From the NCBI GenBank assembly GCA_963722395.1, contig CAVRLS010000013.1, positions 299,603-363,602 on the forward strand: a stretch of 64,000 nt of DNA. The letters are read 5' to 3'. The translations under genes and the position numbers were made by a program. How positions within the stretch are numbered: the stretch's first letter is position 1; the number at the start of each line of letters is the position of its first letter. The notes beneath the pieces are model-generated. The model did not search any database, had not been told where the DNA came from, and worked only from the letters and a program-made list of their open reading frames with translations. The DNA is from an uncultured Acidobacteriota bacterium. Its GTDB lineage: Bacteria; Acidobacteriota; Vicinamibacteria; Vicinamibacterales; CAVVIG01. Below are positions 29,445 to 40,065 of this stretch, one piece after another.

Positions 29445-32440
29445 CTAGAAGCGGAGAAGGGCGCCGAGCTGGAACACGCGGCCGACCAGGATCGACGAGG
29501 GCTGCAGATAGGCGTTCGTGCCGTAGAGCATGCTCCGAACCGCGTACACCGGCGCAACGTTCAGCACGTTGAACAGGTCGAACTTCGGCTGAAGGCTCAT
29601 GCGCCCGAACTTGATGGTCTTGACGATGTTGATGTCAAGCTGGTTGATCCGGTCGCCGAATTCGGTTTGCGGTGCGATGAGCGGTATGGAGACGTTCGCG
29701 GCGGACAGCGACGAGTTGACGAGCTGACCTGCCACGCACTTGCCCTGAGCGACGCAGGGTGAAGCGGCCGAGTATGCCGTCGTCCTCGTGATCTGCCACA
29801 CGGTGCCCAGACCGCTCGGGTTCGCCAATGAGACGGCGCCGGGCTGACCACTCGGGCCGGCGACGATGCCGGTGTCGATGTTCAGTGCCGCCGTGCCAAA
29901 GCGATAGGCGGGCAGACTCTGGAACGAGAAGCTGGCGGTGATGCCGTACTTGACGGGTACTGAGCCTGCAATCTTGAACTGCGTCCTGAACGGGATGCCG
30001 CTCTGGGTCTGGTCGCAGTAGAGCAGCAGGTTCGGATTCCATTTCTCGTCGCACGTCTGGGCGATCGTGCGCTCGCTCATGCCGCCGCCGAACATGGTGA
30101 TGCCCATCGGCAGACGTGCGTTGAAGCTGTACTCCATCCCGTTGTACGAGAGCTTCCGGTCGCTGCCAGCGGTCAGGTCAACCGTCGAGACCCTGGTCAG
30201 GGCCGTCGGGCTGACGTTGTTGTAGGTGATTGGCGTGCCGTCGATCGGACTGAACACCGTGAACGGCGTGTAGTCGGCGAATGATTGCAACACGTTGTCG
30301 CGGCGGCGGAGGTTCTTGTAGTCGCGATGGAACCAGCCACCAGACACCGAGACGCGCGGCATCAGCTCGTGCTGAACGCTGACGCTCGTTTCGATGTTGT
30401 ACATCCGCTTGATGTCCGGATCGAACTTCGAGAGGTTGGCGACGCCGAACCCGTTGGGCAGCTGGGCCAGGTTGATCTCACATCCTGCGGTCTGATAGGT
30501 GCAACCCAACTCACCCTGCGGAATCTTGTCACCGTTGGCGTCGATCCAGCTCAGAGACGCCACCGTGAGCGCAAGCGGATTGTAGGTCTCGGAAAAGCCG
30601 GTCGAGCCCGCCTGCATGTACTTGCCGAGGCTGAATTTGACGGCCGTCTTCTGGTTGCCGAAGACGTCGTAGACAGCGCCGAAGCGGGGCGAGATGCTCC
30701 TCCAGGTTGGCATGTCGATCGGGTCGAACCGACGGGCAGCGGTAAAGCGGCCGGCCGGCGACGACTGCTCCGGTGTGCCGTGCGCGAAGTACTCCCAGCG
30801 GGCGCCGTAGTTCAGCGTCAGCCGGTTCAACGTCCACGCGTCCTGCGCGTAGATGCCGAGGTCTCTGTGCAGCTGATCGCGGCGTTCCCAGGGTGTATTC
30901 AGCACGTCGACGCGCGTCGCCACACCGTTGGTGAAGAACGCACGCAAATCGCCGTTCGCCTGATAGGTGCGGCGGTAGTTGCCCCAGCTGTTCTGGATGC
31001 CTGCCTTGATGTTGTGGGCGCCCGAGATGTAGGAGAGTGACGCGGCCAGGCTGAGTCGGTCCGGCGACTGCAACTGTTGACTCACTGCGGCGTTGTAGGT
31101 CGTCGCCAGAGCAATATCCTGCTTGTTGATTGTCGCGTACCACTCCGGCGTGCCGCGCTCCTTCTCGATGCCGTCCTGGTAGATGAAGTTGTAGCGCTCG
31201 TAGTTGGTGGAGAAGCCGCCCTCGAGAAGCAGGCGGTTCGTCAGCGTCGAGGTGTACTTCACCGCGCCAGTCATGTAGATGGGTGAGTTCCATCTGACGG
31301 ACGCGGTTGCTGGATCGAATCCGGCTGTCATCGCGGCACCGCGATTCTTGCCGATACGGTCGTTGTACACCGCCAGCTTGTTCTTCGAGCTGATCTGCCA
31401 GACGATGCGCGCCTGGGCGCTGGCGATGCTCTGGGGATCGACGCCAGGGGATCCGTCGGCATTGAACACGTCTGCGGGCAGCGTGTTCAGATGGAACGTA
31501 CGGGCGGACATGAAGAACCAGATTTTGTCCTTTCTGATCGGCCCGCCCAGCGACGCTTCCAGATTGGACAACCTGTCGATGCCGTCAGCAGACTTGAGGC
31601 CCCGGGCCCGCAACGAGTCGTTCAGGTTGCTGGACTGGAAGCTCTTGTCCTGATAACCGGCAAAGGCACTACCGTTGAAGAATGTTGCCGCCGTCCTTCG
31701 GTACCATGTTGAGCCGGACGCCGCCGCCCGATACGTCCGCGGCCGCACCTGACGTGGTGTAGACCATTTCCTGGCTCATCGAGCTGTTGAAATAGCTCTG
31801 GACGGCGCCGTCGCCGTCAAGCCCGTTCACCACCAGACCATCGACCTGCACCGTGGTCTGCGACGCGCTCATGCCGTGCGCCGACATATACGTCTGCTGC
31901 ATGGCGCGGGAGCCACCGACGTCAGGAATGCTTCAGCGACATTTCGCCGGTAATCAGCTGCCCGATTCCTCTGAATGGTGCGGCCGGTCGGAATCGCAGT
32001 CGCAATCGTTTCCTGATTGATGACCTGCGCTTGGTCGTGCTCTGCACGTCCACCGTCGCAGCTTCACCGGTGACCGTGATGGTCTCCTCGAGCGCGCCGA
32101 CCGTCATGTCGCCGTTGACGGACGATCGTGGCGGACGCTCACCTCGACGCCGTCACGCTTGACGGTCGTTGAAGCCGGCGAGCGAGAACGTCACCGTGTA
32201 GACTGCCGGGCCGGAGGTCGACGATGCGGAACTGGCCCGAGCCGTCGCTGGTGACGAGAGCGGACCTTTTCGATGAGGACGGGGCTGGCGGCTTCGACGG
32301 TCACGCCGGGGAGCACCGCGCCCGACGTGTCCTTCACCACGCCGGTGAGCTTGCCTGGGCGTGGGCGGCGCAGGCACGAGCAGGAGGATCGCTACCGCTG
32401 GGAGCGCCAGGGTGACGAAGCGTGAGAAGGCTCTAAGATT
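29445..32440 (-). pseudogene. TonB-dependent receptor paralogue (TBDR2); 3' 2.3 kb is one open frame, 5' ~0.8 kb has at least 6 frame changes
   Basis: 29445-31748 is a continuous 767-aa frame that aligns along its length with TBDR1 and ends QLGALLRF. N-terminal pieces (TGVVKDTSGAVLPGVTVEA; VYTVTFSLAGF; MTVGALEETITVTGEAATVDVQSTTK; MQQTYMSAHGMSASQTTVQVDG...) are scattered over three frames between 31669 and ~32440. Confidence 0.8.
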
Positions 32441-32751
32441 CCCGCAATCCTTTCGATGAGACGTTGCCGTGTCGATTCCGATGTAACCCGGACGACCGAG
32501 GGCCGTGCACGAACGTCGATGAGGAGAGCGGGAGCGATGAGTAAGGGAGACGAGTATCGAACGGGTGGCCGCACAGCGCATCTAAATAAACCGTTGCGCT
32601 AGGGGAAGGAACTCACTGAATTCAGTTAGATGGATAGCGGCTACATCTTTCGTTGTGCTCGATGAGAGGAGCGGAGTGGAAGGCGGGCGCTGCGACGCGG
32701 AGGACGCTGGACTACCATAAGGAAAGCGTTAATTTCTTGTCGGGAGACTCC

Positions 32752-33290
32752 ATGATGAACCGTTCATACACGACGATGGCCGCGAGCCCTGGGTGCGCTG
32801 CTGCTCTCACCACGCTCGCGGCGCAGAAGACCACTCCGTTGAAGTCGGCTCTGGAGGCAGCGCGCACGTCCGCACCGAATGGACGATCGACGGCGCGAAC
32901 ATCTCGATCGAATACGGCCGACCGGCCATGAAGGGACGTCCGGAGCGACGATGACGCCCACCGGGCGGATCTGGCGGACCAGCGCCGACGATCGACGACG
33001 CTGAAGACCGACAAGCCCGCTGAAGATCGGCACGCTGACGTGCCGGCCGGCACCTCGGCCTCCACGGCTTTCCGGGCGCAATGGAGTTGGCAGTTGATCG
33101 TCTCGAAGCGCACCACCGGCTGCGGCATCCCGTCTCCCGCCGGGCAGGACCTCGGCGCGCCGCCGTGAAAGTCGGGAAGACGCAGGCGCGGTCGAGTTGC
33201 TGACCTTCCACATCGACGACACGCCGACGGGGCCACACTTCGGATCGAGTGGGGGTCTACCTCGGCGGTGCCCCGTTCGTCGTGGGGTGA
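32752..33290 (+). pseudogene. DUF2911-like secreted protein remnant, at least 3 frame changes
   Basis: GGGAG RBS plus ATGATG. Fragments ...TIDGANISIEYGRPAMKGR..., ...IWRTSADD..., TLKTDKP..., WQLIVSKRTTG..., VELLTFHIDDTPTG..., LRIEWGSTSA... sit in different frames and follow the DUF2911 order from memory. Confidence 0.5.
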
Positions 33291-33322
33291 GCTCCAGCCG
33301 ACCTGAAGGTCGGCAGCTCGCG

Positions 33323-35916
33323 TCACTCGCGACTGCTATGACTCGCGTGCGCCGCCCTGAAGCCAGGTCGGCCGACGCGAGGATCAGTCCACGTCAGGGA
33401 CAGCGGATACCCCCGCGGGTCTCGTCGCGACGAAATGGCGGACGATGGCCGCCGCTGCCACCGACCGATGAGCCGCTCAGCGTCGCGTCGAGCCAGCGCT
33501 TGGGCAGGAGATGACGCCGGTCCGCTGCACCTCCTCCACAAGCTCGAGCCCGCGCGCGATGTGCCTGCGCGCGTATCGCTCACGCAGCGGGTGATCCAGC
33601 CGCGGAGCCGTGATCACCCAGGGTTCTCTCGTCCTGTTCGCGGCGTCGCTGATGATCTGGAGAAGTGTCTCGCGTCGCCCCGCCACGGACGACAGGGCAG
33701 GCGCGATGAAGGCCAGCGCTGCACGGCGGTCGGGCGCCTGCGTTCGAGCCAGCTGCGCCGCGACGAGCGCGTCGCCGTCATCGCTGCGGACCGCGAGGTC
33801 GCACGTCAGGGCGATGAAATCCGCTTCGCCAGGCGTCAGGCCCGGTACCGACGTGTCACCAGCCCAGATGTGCCGCAGCCATGCCACGGTCGCGGGCGTC
33901 GAGGCGGTGGACCGCAGGCAGGCGAAGCAGGCGGCTGCGACGCTGGCCGACTCGGCCTTGTCGAGGCGCGCGCGCGAGCGATGCTTCCAGCGCTGGCGCC
34001 ACCTCGGCCCGCTCCGCATCGGTCGAGAACGTCCAGACCAATCGCTCGATGCAGGCCAGCAGGCGCTGCAGGTTCAGTTCGCTCGGCTCGGATTCGATGG
34101 CGCGCATCGCCAACGCCAGCAGTGTTCCCGGCTGCACCGCAGCGTTCAGCATCCTGTCCCACAACGTGAGCCACGCGCTCCCGCGCGTCAACGCGTCGGG
34201 CACATCCGGAAGATTGGTCAACAGCCAGTCGAGGCTCGTCGCGTCGAGGATGAAGTCGCCGTAGCCGAGTCCACGGCCGTTGGGCAGGATGAAGTCGGCC
34301 GCGGCCTGCTGCCGTGTGAGTTGCACGGCTGTGTCGCCACTGAGCGTGACCGGCACATGCTCGACCGACCCGTTACGTCCCAGTGCCAGTTCCAGCTGCT
34401 GTGACCAGCATGTCCCGGACCCGTGGGAGTCGACCGTGGTGAGCGCGATCCGTTCGCCACTTGGACCCGACCGATCGAGGCGAATGCGCGGCCGCCCGGT
34501 TCTTCGAGCCAGTCCTGGCTCCATGTGCGCACGTCGATGGTGGTGTGCGCGGCCAGGATGTCCAGCAGGTCCGGCCACGCCGCATTCCCGAACCGGAACG
34601 TTGTGAGGTAGTCGTGCAGCGCGTCGCACAGTGCGTCTTCACCCATCATCCGCTCGAGCTGCCGTATCACGATGGGCGACTTGAGGTAGATGAGCGCGCC
34701 GTAAAGCGAACCAGCATCAGCGAGGTTGTCGAGTGTCTGACGGATGGGGTGCGTGCCTTCGGTCCGGTCGACGTCGTACGCCCGGGGTAGTGCGCGTGGA
34801 GGAACTGCAGTTCGTGATCGAGGTCTCTGAACTGGGGGTGGACGATCTTCGCGGCCATCATGTTCGCGAATACCTCCTTCATCCACACATCGTCGAACCA
34901 GCGCATGGTGACGAGGTTGCCGAACCACATGTGCGCCGTTTCGTGCGCGATGACGTGCGCGCGTGCAAGCAGTTGCTGGCGGGTCGCCGAGTCGGTGAGG
35001 AGCATGACCGAGGCGTTGTAGAAGATGGCGCCAGGGTGCTCCATGCCGCTGAACTGGAACGCCGGCAGCAGTACGACATCGAGCGTGCCGAATCGGATAG
35101 GCGAGGCCGGTGTAGTCCTCCATCCAGCGCAGGGCGTCGATATGTCCGTCGACGATCACGTCGAGGTTCTCCAAGACGAGCCGCGCGTCGAGACCGACGT
35201 GGTAGACGCGCATGACCCGATCCCGGCGCACGAACACGCGCTCGGTCAGCATGCCGGCCGCGAACGCGAAGAGATACGTCGGCAGGGGAGCGGTGTCGGC
35301 GAACGACACACGTGCGCGCGCCGCGCCCGTGTCGTCCGTATAGGCGCTCCGTTTCTGCGCGCGACCATTGGACACCGCGGTCCACTCGGCCGGTAGGTCG
35401 AGCGTCAGAGTCCACACGCCCTTCAGGTCGGGCTGGTCGAAGCAGGGGAGCGCCTCGTGCGCACGTGCCGGCACGAAGATCGTGTAGAGGTGATCGCCAC
35501 GGCGATTCAGCGGTCCGTTGCCTGCGGTGAAGACCAGATCCACCGTGTTCGCGCCGTCCCTCAAGTGCGCCGCATGCAGCACCATGTGGCCGTGCACCGG
35601 CATGACGTCGACGGCCGTGCCGTTGACCGCGAGGATGTGCGACCGACCCGGAGGAGTCGGGCGCGAAGTCCAGCACGAGCGGCGCACCAGCACCCCGAGG
35701 GCGAACGTGATGCTCAACGCGCCGGTCACCGGCGCTGACGGATGCCGACGGCAGCGCAGGTCCGAGCGTGTAGCGAAGGTCGCTGAGGCGACCGGCGCGG
35801 TCGCGCGCCAGCGTCAGGCTGACGCCGGGGCCGGTGTCACGGGGTCTGCCGGATTCGAACGAAGGCAGGATGCGGTCCTCGCGCTCAGTATCGCACGCGC
35901 CCTTCGGAGTCGACAC
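33323..35916 (-). pseudogene. M1-family metallopeptidase (aminopeptidase N-like), at least 8 frame changes
   Basis: GMEHPGAIFYN (GxMEN-type) and VIAHETAHMWFGNLVTMRWFDDVWMKEVFA (HExxH-x18-E) in frame c. N-terminal beta-domain, post-catalytic and ERAP1_C-like helical segments are spread over ORFs 34879-36120, 34218-35729, 34667-35044, 33856-34629, 33477-34019 and 33323-33583. Both ends are approximate. Confidence 0.8.
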
Positions 35917-35978
35917 TCGTGTCGGCAGGACCACCGACCGGCTTGCGTCCGTTCGCGCCGTGTGATGGAGTGAGCGGC

Positions 35979-36610
35979 ATGTCGAACACAGCGCGCATTG
36001 CGATGATCGGGACGGGCAACATCGGCGGGACGCTTGGCCGCCGGCTTCATGAGGCCGGCTACAACGTGGTGTTCGGCGCGCGCGATGCCACCGCCGCCGC
36101 GGCGAAACTGCAGAACGCAAACGTGCCGATCCTGTCGCTGGCGGACGCCGTGCGTGGCGCGGGCGTGGTGTTCATGGCCGTTCCGGCCGTCGCCGCTGTC
36201 AGCGCGGCAATCGACCTGGAGCTCGAGCCCGGCACGATTCTCGTCGACTGCACAAACCCGCTGAAGTGGGATGGTGGGCCGGTGTGACGCCGCCGGCGGA
36301 AGGGTCGGTGACGGCCGCCCTCGCCGCTGCACTGCCTGGCGTTCGCGTGGTGAAGGCGTTCAACCACTTCGGCGCCGAGATTCACGGCGACCCGCAGGTG
36401 GGTGAGCAGAGGGCCGACGCGTTCGTGGCCGGTGCCGACGACGACGCACGTGCCACAGTGATGGCGCTGGCCGAAGCGCTCGGTTTCCACGCGCAGGACG
36501 GCGGACCGCTGCGCAACGCGGCGATCCTCGAGAACCGCACCATTCTCTGGCTGCACCTTGCACACAATGGCAAGGGACGCCACTTCGGATTCAAGGCCGT
36601 CGGTCGCTGA
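35979..36610 (+). pseudogene. NADP oxidoreductase, coenzyme-F420-dependent-type (NPD-like) Rossmann protein; one frame change near 36285
   Basis: MSNTARIAMIGTGNIGGTLGRRL (GxGxxG). After GGPV a 1-nt gap leads to TPPAEGSVTAAL...VVKAFNHFGAE... Confidence 0.7.
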
Positions 36611-36727
36611 ACCGCTCAGGGCACGAGCGCGTTCCGGCGATTTATCAGCGACATTGGACAGACGAACCGGCGAGCGCGGCGGAGGGGCAGATCCGACCGA
36701 GCGCGCCTCCGTCCGGATTCTGACGCA

Positions 36728-36762
36728 GGGCCGGGAGGGCCGGGAAGGGCGGGAGGGGCGGG
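36728..36762 (+). other. G-quadruplex-forming G-tract cluster
   Basis: GGGCCGGGAGGGCCGGGAAGGGCGGGAGGGGCGGG has eight G3-4 tracts with 1-2 nt loops. It lies immediately upstream of the -35 element below. Confidence 0.5.
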
Positions 36763-36780
36763 ATGATCAGCCGCAAGTGC

Positions 36781-36808
36781 TTGACACTGCGCGTCAATTC
36801 CGTATATT
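36781..36808 (+). promoter_or_regulatory. Near-consensus sigma70-type promoter for the 36853-46191 gene string
   Basis: TTGACA, 16-nt spacer, TATATT. The -10 element ends 44 nt before the ATG at 36853. Confidence 0.45.
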
Positions 36809-36852
36809 CGCCCTCGAACGGTCGTTGTTCCTGCGTGGAAAAGGATGTTCAG

Positions 36853-37729
36853 ATGCGACAGCGCTTCATCAGCACCGTAGCGGCGGGAACCCTTGGTGCT
36901 TCCTTGATAGCGATTGTATCGATGGCGGTGGCGCCGGTCGGTGGCCAGCAGCAGGCCCCTGTCTACCGGGCACCGCGTGCCGCTGACGGCCATCCGGATC
37001 TGAACGGGATCTGGCAGGCCATGAACGAGGCCAACTACGACATCGAGATGCATATGGCACGGCCCGCCATGCAGGTGCGGCCAGGGCCATATGGGCCGGT
37101 ACCCGGCGCCGCCGGTGCTCGCACTGGGGGCCGTCGCCTCGGTGCCCCCCGGCATGGGGGTTGTCGACGGGGAGCTGCCGTACCAGCCGGAGGCGCTCGC
37201 GCAGCGCAACAAGAACCGGGAGAGCTGGGCGACGCTCGACCCCGAGGTCAAGTGCTACCTGCCCGGTGTGCCGAGGGCGACCTACATGCCGCAGCCCTTC
37301 CAGATCTTCCACAGCAACAAGGCGGTCTTCATTGCGTACCAGTACGCCGGTGCCGTCCGGAACATCTACCTGAAGGATCCGGGGCCGCCCCCTGTTGATG
37401 CCTGGATGGGGCAGTCGTTCGGGCGCTGGGAAGGGGACACGCTGGTGGTTTCCGCCAACGGCTTCAACGACCAGACCTGGTTCGATCGCGCTGGCAACTA
37501 CCACAGCGATCAGTTGAAGGTGACGGAGCGCTACACGCGCACCGCGCCGGACGTGATCAGCTACGAGGCGACCATCGAGGATCCGCAGGTGTTCACGCGT
37601 CCGTGGAAGATGTCGATGCCGCTCTACCGCCGCCTCGAGAAGAATGCCCAGCTGATGGACTTCAAGTGCGTGGAGTTCGTCGAAGAGCTGATGTACGGCC
37701 AGTGGCGCAAGCAGCCGCTGACGCGCTAG
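36853..37729 (+). pseudogene. Secreted protein, short member of the uncharacterised family (paralogue B); one frame change near 37100
   Basis: Signal peptide. DGHPDLNGIWQAMNEANYDIEMH; after the shift PGMGVVDGELPYQPEAL...KCYLPGVPRATYMPQPFQIF...WMGQSFGRWEGDTLVVSANGFNDQTWFDRAGNYHSDQLKVTERY...IEDPQVFTRPW. Confidence 0.75.
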
Positions 37730-37746
37730 ACGGACGGGAGTTGTTC

Positions 37747-38847
37747 ATGCGCACACACGTGTTCACATCGGCGATTGGTGTGTCGACGCTCCTGGCGGCG
37801 CTGGCCGTCTGGCAGGTTCCAGCCGAGGGGCAGCAGGCATCCCCCAGACCCGCTGCCGGCTCAGGCGCAGGGTCCGCTGCGCCCCGCACGGCGGACGGGA
37901 AGCCCGATCTCCAGGGCACCTACGACGTCGCGACGCTCACCCCGCTGGAGCGTCCTGCCGCCCTCGGCACCCAGATGACGATGACGGATCAGCAGGCGCG
38001 CCAGCTTGAACAGCGGCAGGCGAGCCGTCGTGAACAGGCCTCGCTGCCGGACAGCGGCAGCCGCGCCGCGCCGCCCATCGGCGGTGATGGTTCCACCGGC
38101 GCCGCCGGCAACGTCGGCGGTTACAACAACTTCTGGGTCGACAACGGCACCGCGTACGTGACCATCAACGGCCAGAAGCGGACGTCGATCATCGTGGACC
38201 CGCCGAACGGGCGCGTCCCGGCGACCACGGCCGCGGCCCGCCAGCGGCAGGCGTCGCGGCTCATCCGCACCACCTCCGACGAGCAGGAAGGCACTGACCC
38301 CGGACTCGAAGGGCCTGGCTCGTACGACGACCCCGAGCGGCGTCCCCTCGGCGAACGGTGCCTTCTGGGGTTCGGCTCCACGTCTGGGCCGCCCGCGCTG
38401 CCGGTTCTCTACAACAACCTGCACACCATCGTGCAGACGAAGGACCAGGTGGTGATCCTCAACGAGATGAACCATGACGCGCGCATCGTCCGCATCAACA
38501 GCAAGCACCTGCCGTCGTCGATCCGCAACTGGATGGGCGATTCGATCGGCTGGTGGGAGGGGGACACGCTGGTGGTGGAGACGACGAACTTCAGCGGCAA
38601 GACCCGGTTCCGCGGATCCACGGAGAACCTGAAGGTGACGGAGCGTTTCGCGCGGCTCGACGCGAAGACGCTGCTGTACCGGTTCACCGTCGAGGATCCG
38701 GATACCTGGACGCAGTCGTGGACCGGCGAGTATCCCTGGCCGGCGACGAACGACCTGATGTACGAGTATGCGTGTCACGAGGCGAACTACTCGCTGGGTA
38801 ACATCCTGCGTGGGGCACGCCAGCGCGAGAGGGACGCAAAGAAATAG
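37747..38847 (+). CDS. Secreted protein of uncharacterised family (paralogue C)
   Basis: GGGAG RBS and signal peptide MRTHVFTSAIGVSTLLAALAVWQVPA. DGKPDLQGTYDVATLTPLERP, GGYNNFW, ERCLLGFGSTSGPP, NWMGDSIGWWEGDTLVVETTNF, VEDPDTW, YEYACHEAN. Confidence 0.8.
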   Translation: MRTHVFTSAIGVSTLLAALAVWQVPAEGQQASPRPAAGSGAGSAAPRTADGKPDLQGTYDVATLTPLERPAALGTQMTMTDQQARQLEQRQASRREQASLPDSGSRAAPPIGGDGSTGAAGNVGGYNNFWVDNGTAYVTINGQKRTSIIVDPPNGRVPATTAAARQRQASRLIRTTSDEQEGTDPGLEGPGSYDDPERRPLGERCLLGFGSTSGPPALPVLYNNLHTIVQTKDQVVILNEMNHDARIVRINSKHLPSSIRNWMGDSIGWWEGDTLVVETTNFSGKTRFRGSTENLKVTERFARLDAKTLLYRFTVEDPDTWTQSWTGEYPWPATNDLMYEYACHEANYSLGNILRGARQRERDAKK

Positions 38848-38928
38848 CACCACGCGTCGACAGATAACGGTCCTTGCGGGGCGGTTGGGCCAGTAGAGTA
38901 GCGGCGGAATGGGAAAGAGGCAACTGCT

Positions 38929-39390
38929 ATGAAGAAGACCGTATGCATCGTACTCGGGGGCGGCGTGCTCGTCGCCGTCGCAATGACTCCGCTGGTGGCG
39001 CACCACGCTTTCGGCGGGGAGTTCGATCCGAATCGTCCAATTCTCCTGAGAGGGGCGGTGACCAAGGTCGAGTGGGTCAATCCGCACGCGTGGATCCACC
39101 TGGCCGCGAAGGACGTGACCGTCGCCGGTGAGAAGAAGGCGCTGGCCGCACCCGAGGCATGGGCCGTCGAGGGCGGCACGCCGAACACGCTGCTGCGCCG
39201 CGGCATCAATCGCGACTCGCTCAAGCCCGGCACTGAAATCGTCGTGGACGGCTACCAGACGCGCGATCACTCGCTGATGCGCGGCAACGGCCGCAACATC
39301 ACCTTCGCTGACGGACGCAAGCTCTTCATGGGTTCGTCCGGCACCGGCGCGCCGAAGGACGGCTCCGACCCGACCGAACCACCCCGCTAG
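38929..39390 (+). CDS. Small exported protein, DUF6152-like, predicted mature N-terminus HH
   Basis: MKKTVCIVLGGGVLVAVAMTPLVA|HHAFGGEFDPNRPILLRGAVTKVEWVNPHAWIHL. Paralogue of 9638-10000. Confidence 0.7.
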   Translation: MKKTVCIVLGGGVLVAVAMTPLVAHHAFGGEFDPNRPILLRGAVTKVEWVNPHAWIHLAAKDVTVAGEKKALAAPEAWAVEGGTPNTLLRRGINRDSLKPGTEIVVDGYQTRDHSLMRGNGRNITFADGRKLFMGSSGTGAPKDGSDPTEPPR

Positions 39391-39461
39391 GCCACCTGGC
39401 GTCGAGGCCGACAAACCTCTGCGGTAGGGACTGTCAATGCTGGGGCCAGCGGAGGTGGTGT

Positions 39462-39944
39462 GTGCGTCGTCTTGGTGCGATTTTGGTGTTCTCGGCCCTG
39501 CTCACCGCATCCGTGCTGGCGCAGGCCGGAACGCCGACTCCCGCCGGCCAATCGTCCGCGGCGACGGCGCCTGCTCCGGCCGCCCCTGTGCGTCAGATGC
39601 CGGTCGGCACGATGAGCGACCTCATGGTGAAGATCATCTACCCTGCCTCGGACGCTGTGTTCTACATCACCACCCGTACGCCGGCCACCGACGCCGAGTG
39701 GCTCGCTCTGCAAGGCAAGGCGCTCATGCTCGCGGAGTCGGCCAACCTGCTGATGATGCCGGCCCACATGCGCGACGAGGAGCGCTGGCTGGCCGATGCG
39801 AAGTTGATGCGCGATGCGGCCACCGCGGCCTACCAAGCGGCGATGGCGAAGAACGTAGCGGCACTGGACGACCTGAACGACGCGATGTACCAGTCGTGCG
39901 TCACGTGCCACATGCACTACCGCCCGAACTACGGCCGCCGCTGA
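39462..39944 (+). CDS. Class II (cytochrome c'/c556-like) four-helix cytochrome c
   Basis: GGAGGTGG RBS, GTG start and signal peptide. Helical, Ala/Leu-rich ~130-aa body with a single CVTCH motif 12 residues from the C-terminus, as in class II cytochromes c. Confidence 0.7.
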   Translation: MRRLGAILVFSALLTASVLAQAGTPTPAGQSSAATAPAPAAPVRQMPVGTMSDLMVKIIYPASDAVFYITTRTPATDAEWLALQGKALMLAESANLLMMPAHMRDEERWLADAKLMRDAATAAYQAAMAKNVAALDDLNDAMYQSCVTCHMHYRPNYGRR

Positions 39945-40065
39945 GCGGAGACGGCCGAAGGATTCCGTCAAGTAGCTGTTGACATCCGAACCGCGCGGCC
40001 GGACCATAGGCGCCGTCGGGGTTCAGGAAACCCACCTCATTGCGACTGGTTCACATGGAGGGCGG

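Noticed and set aside
35845-35872. tRNA T-arm-like GGATTCGAAC motif
   Set aside because: It lies inside the 5' part of the M1 peptidase reading frame, and no cloverleaf (acceptor or anticodon stems) can be drawn around it.
37861-39414. 517-aa ORF on the minus strand
   Set aside because: It is antisense to paralogue C and the DUF6152-like gene. It has an R/G/A/V-rich composition and no recognisable domain.
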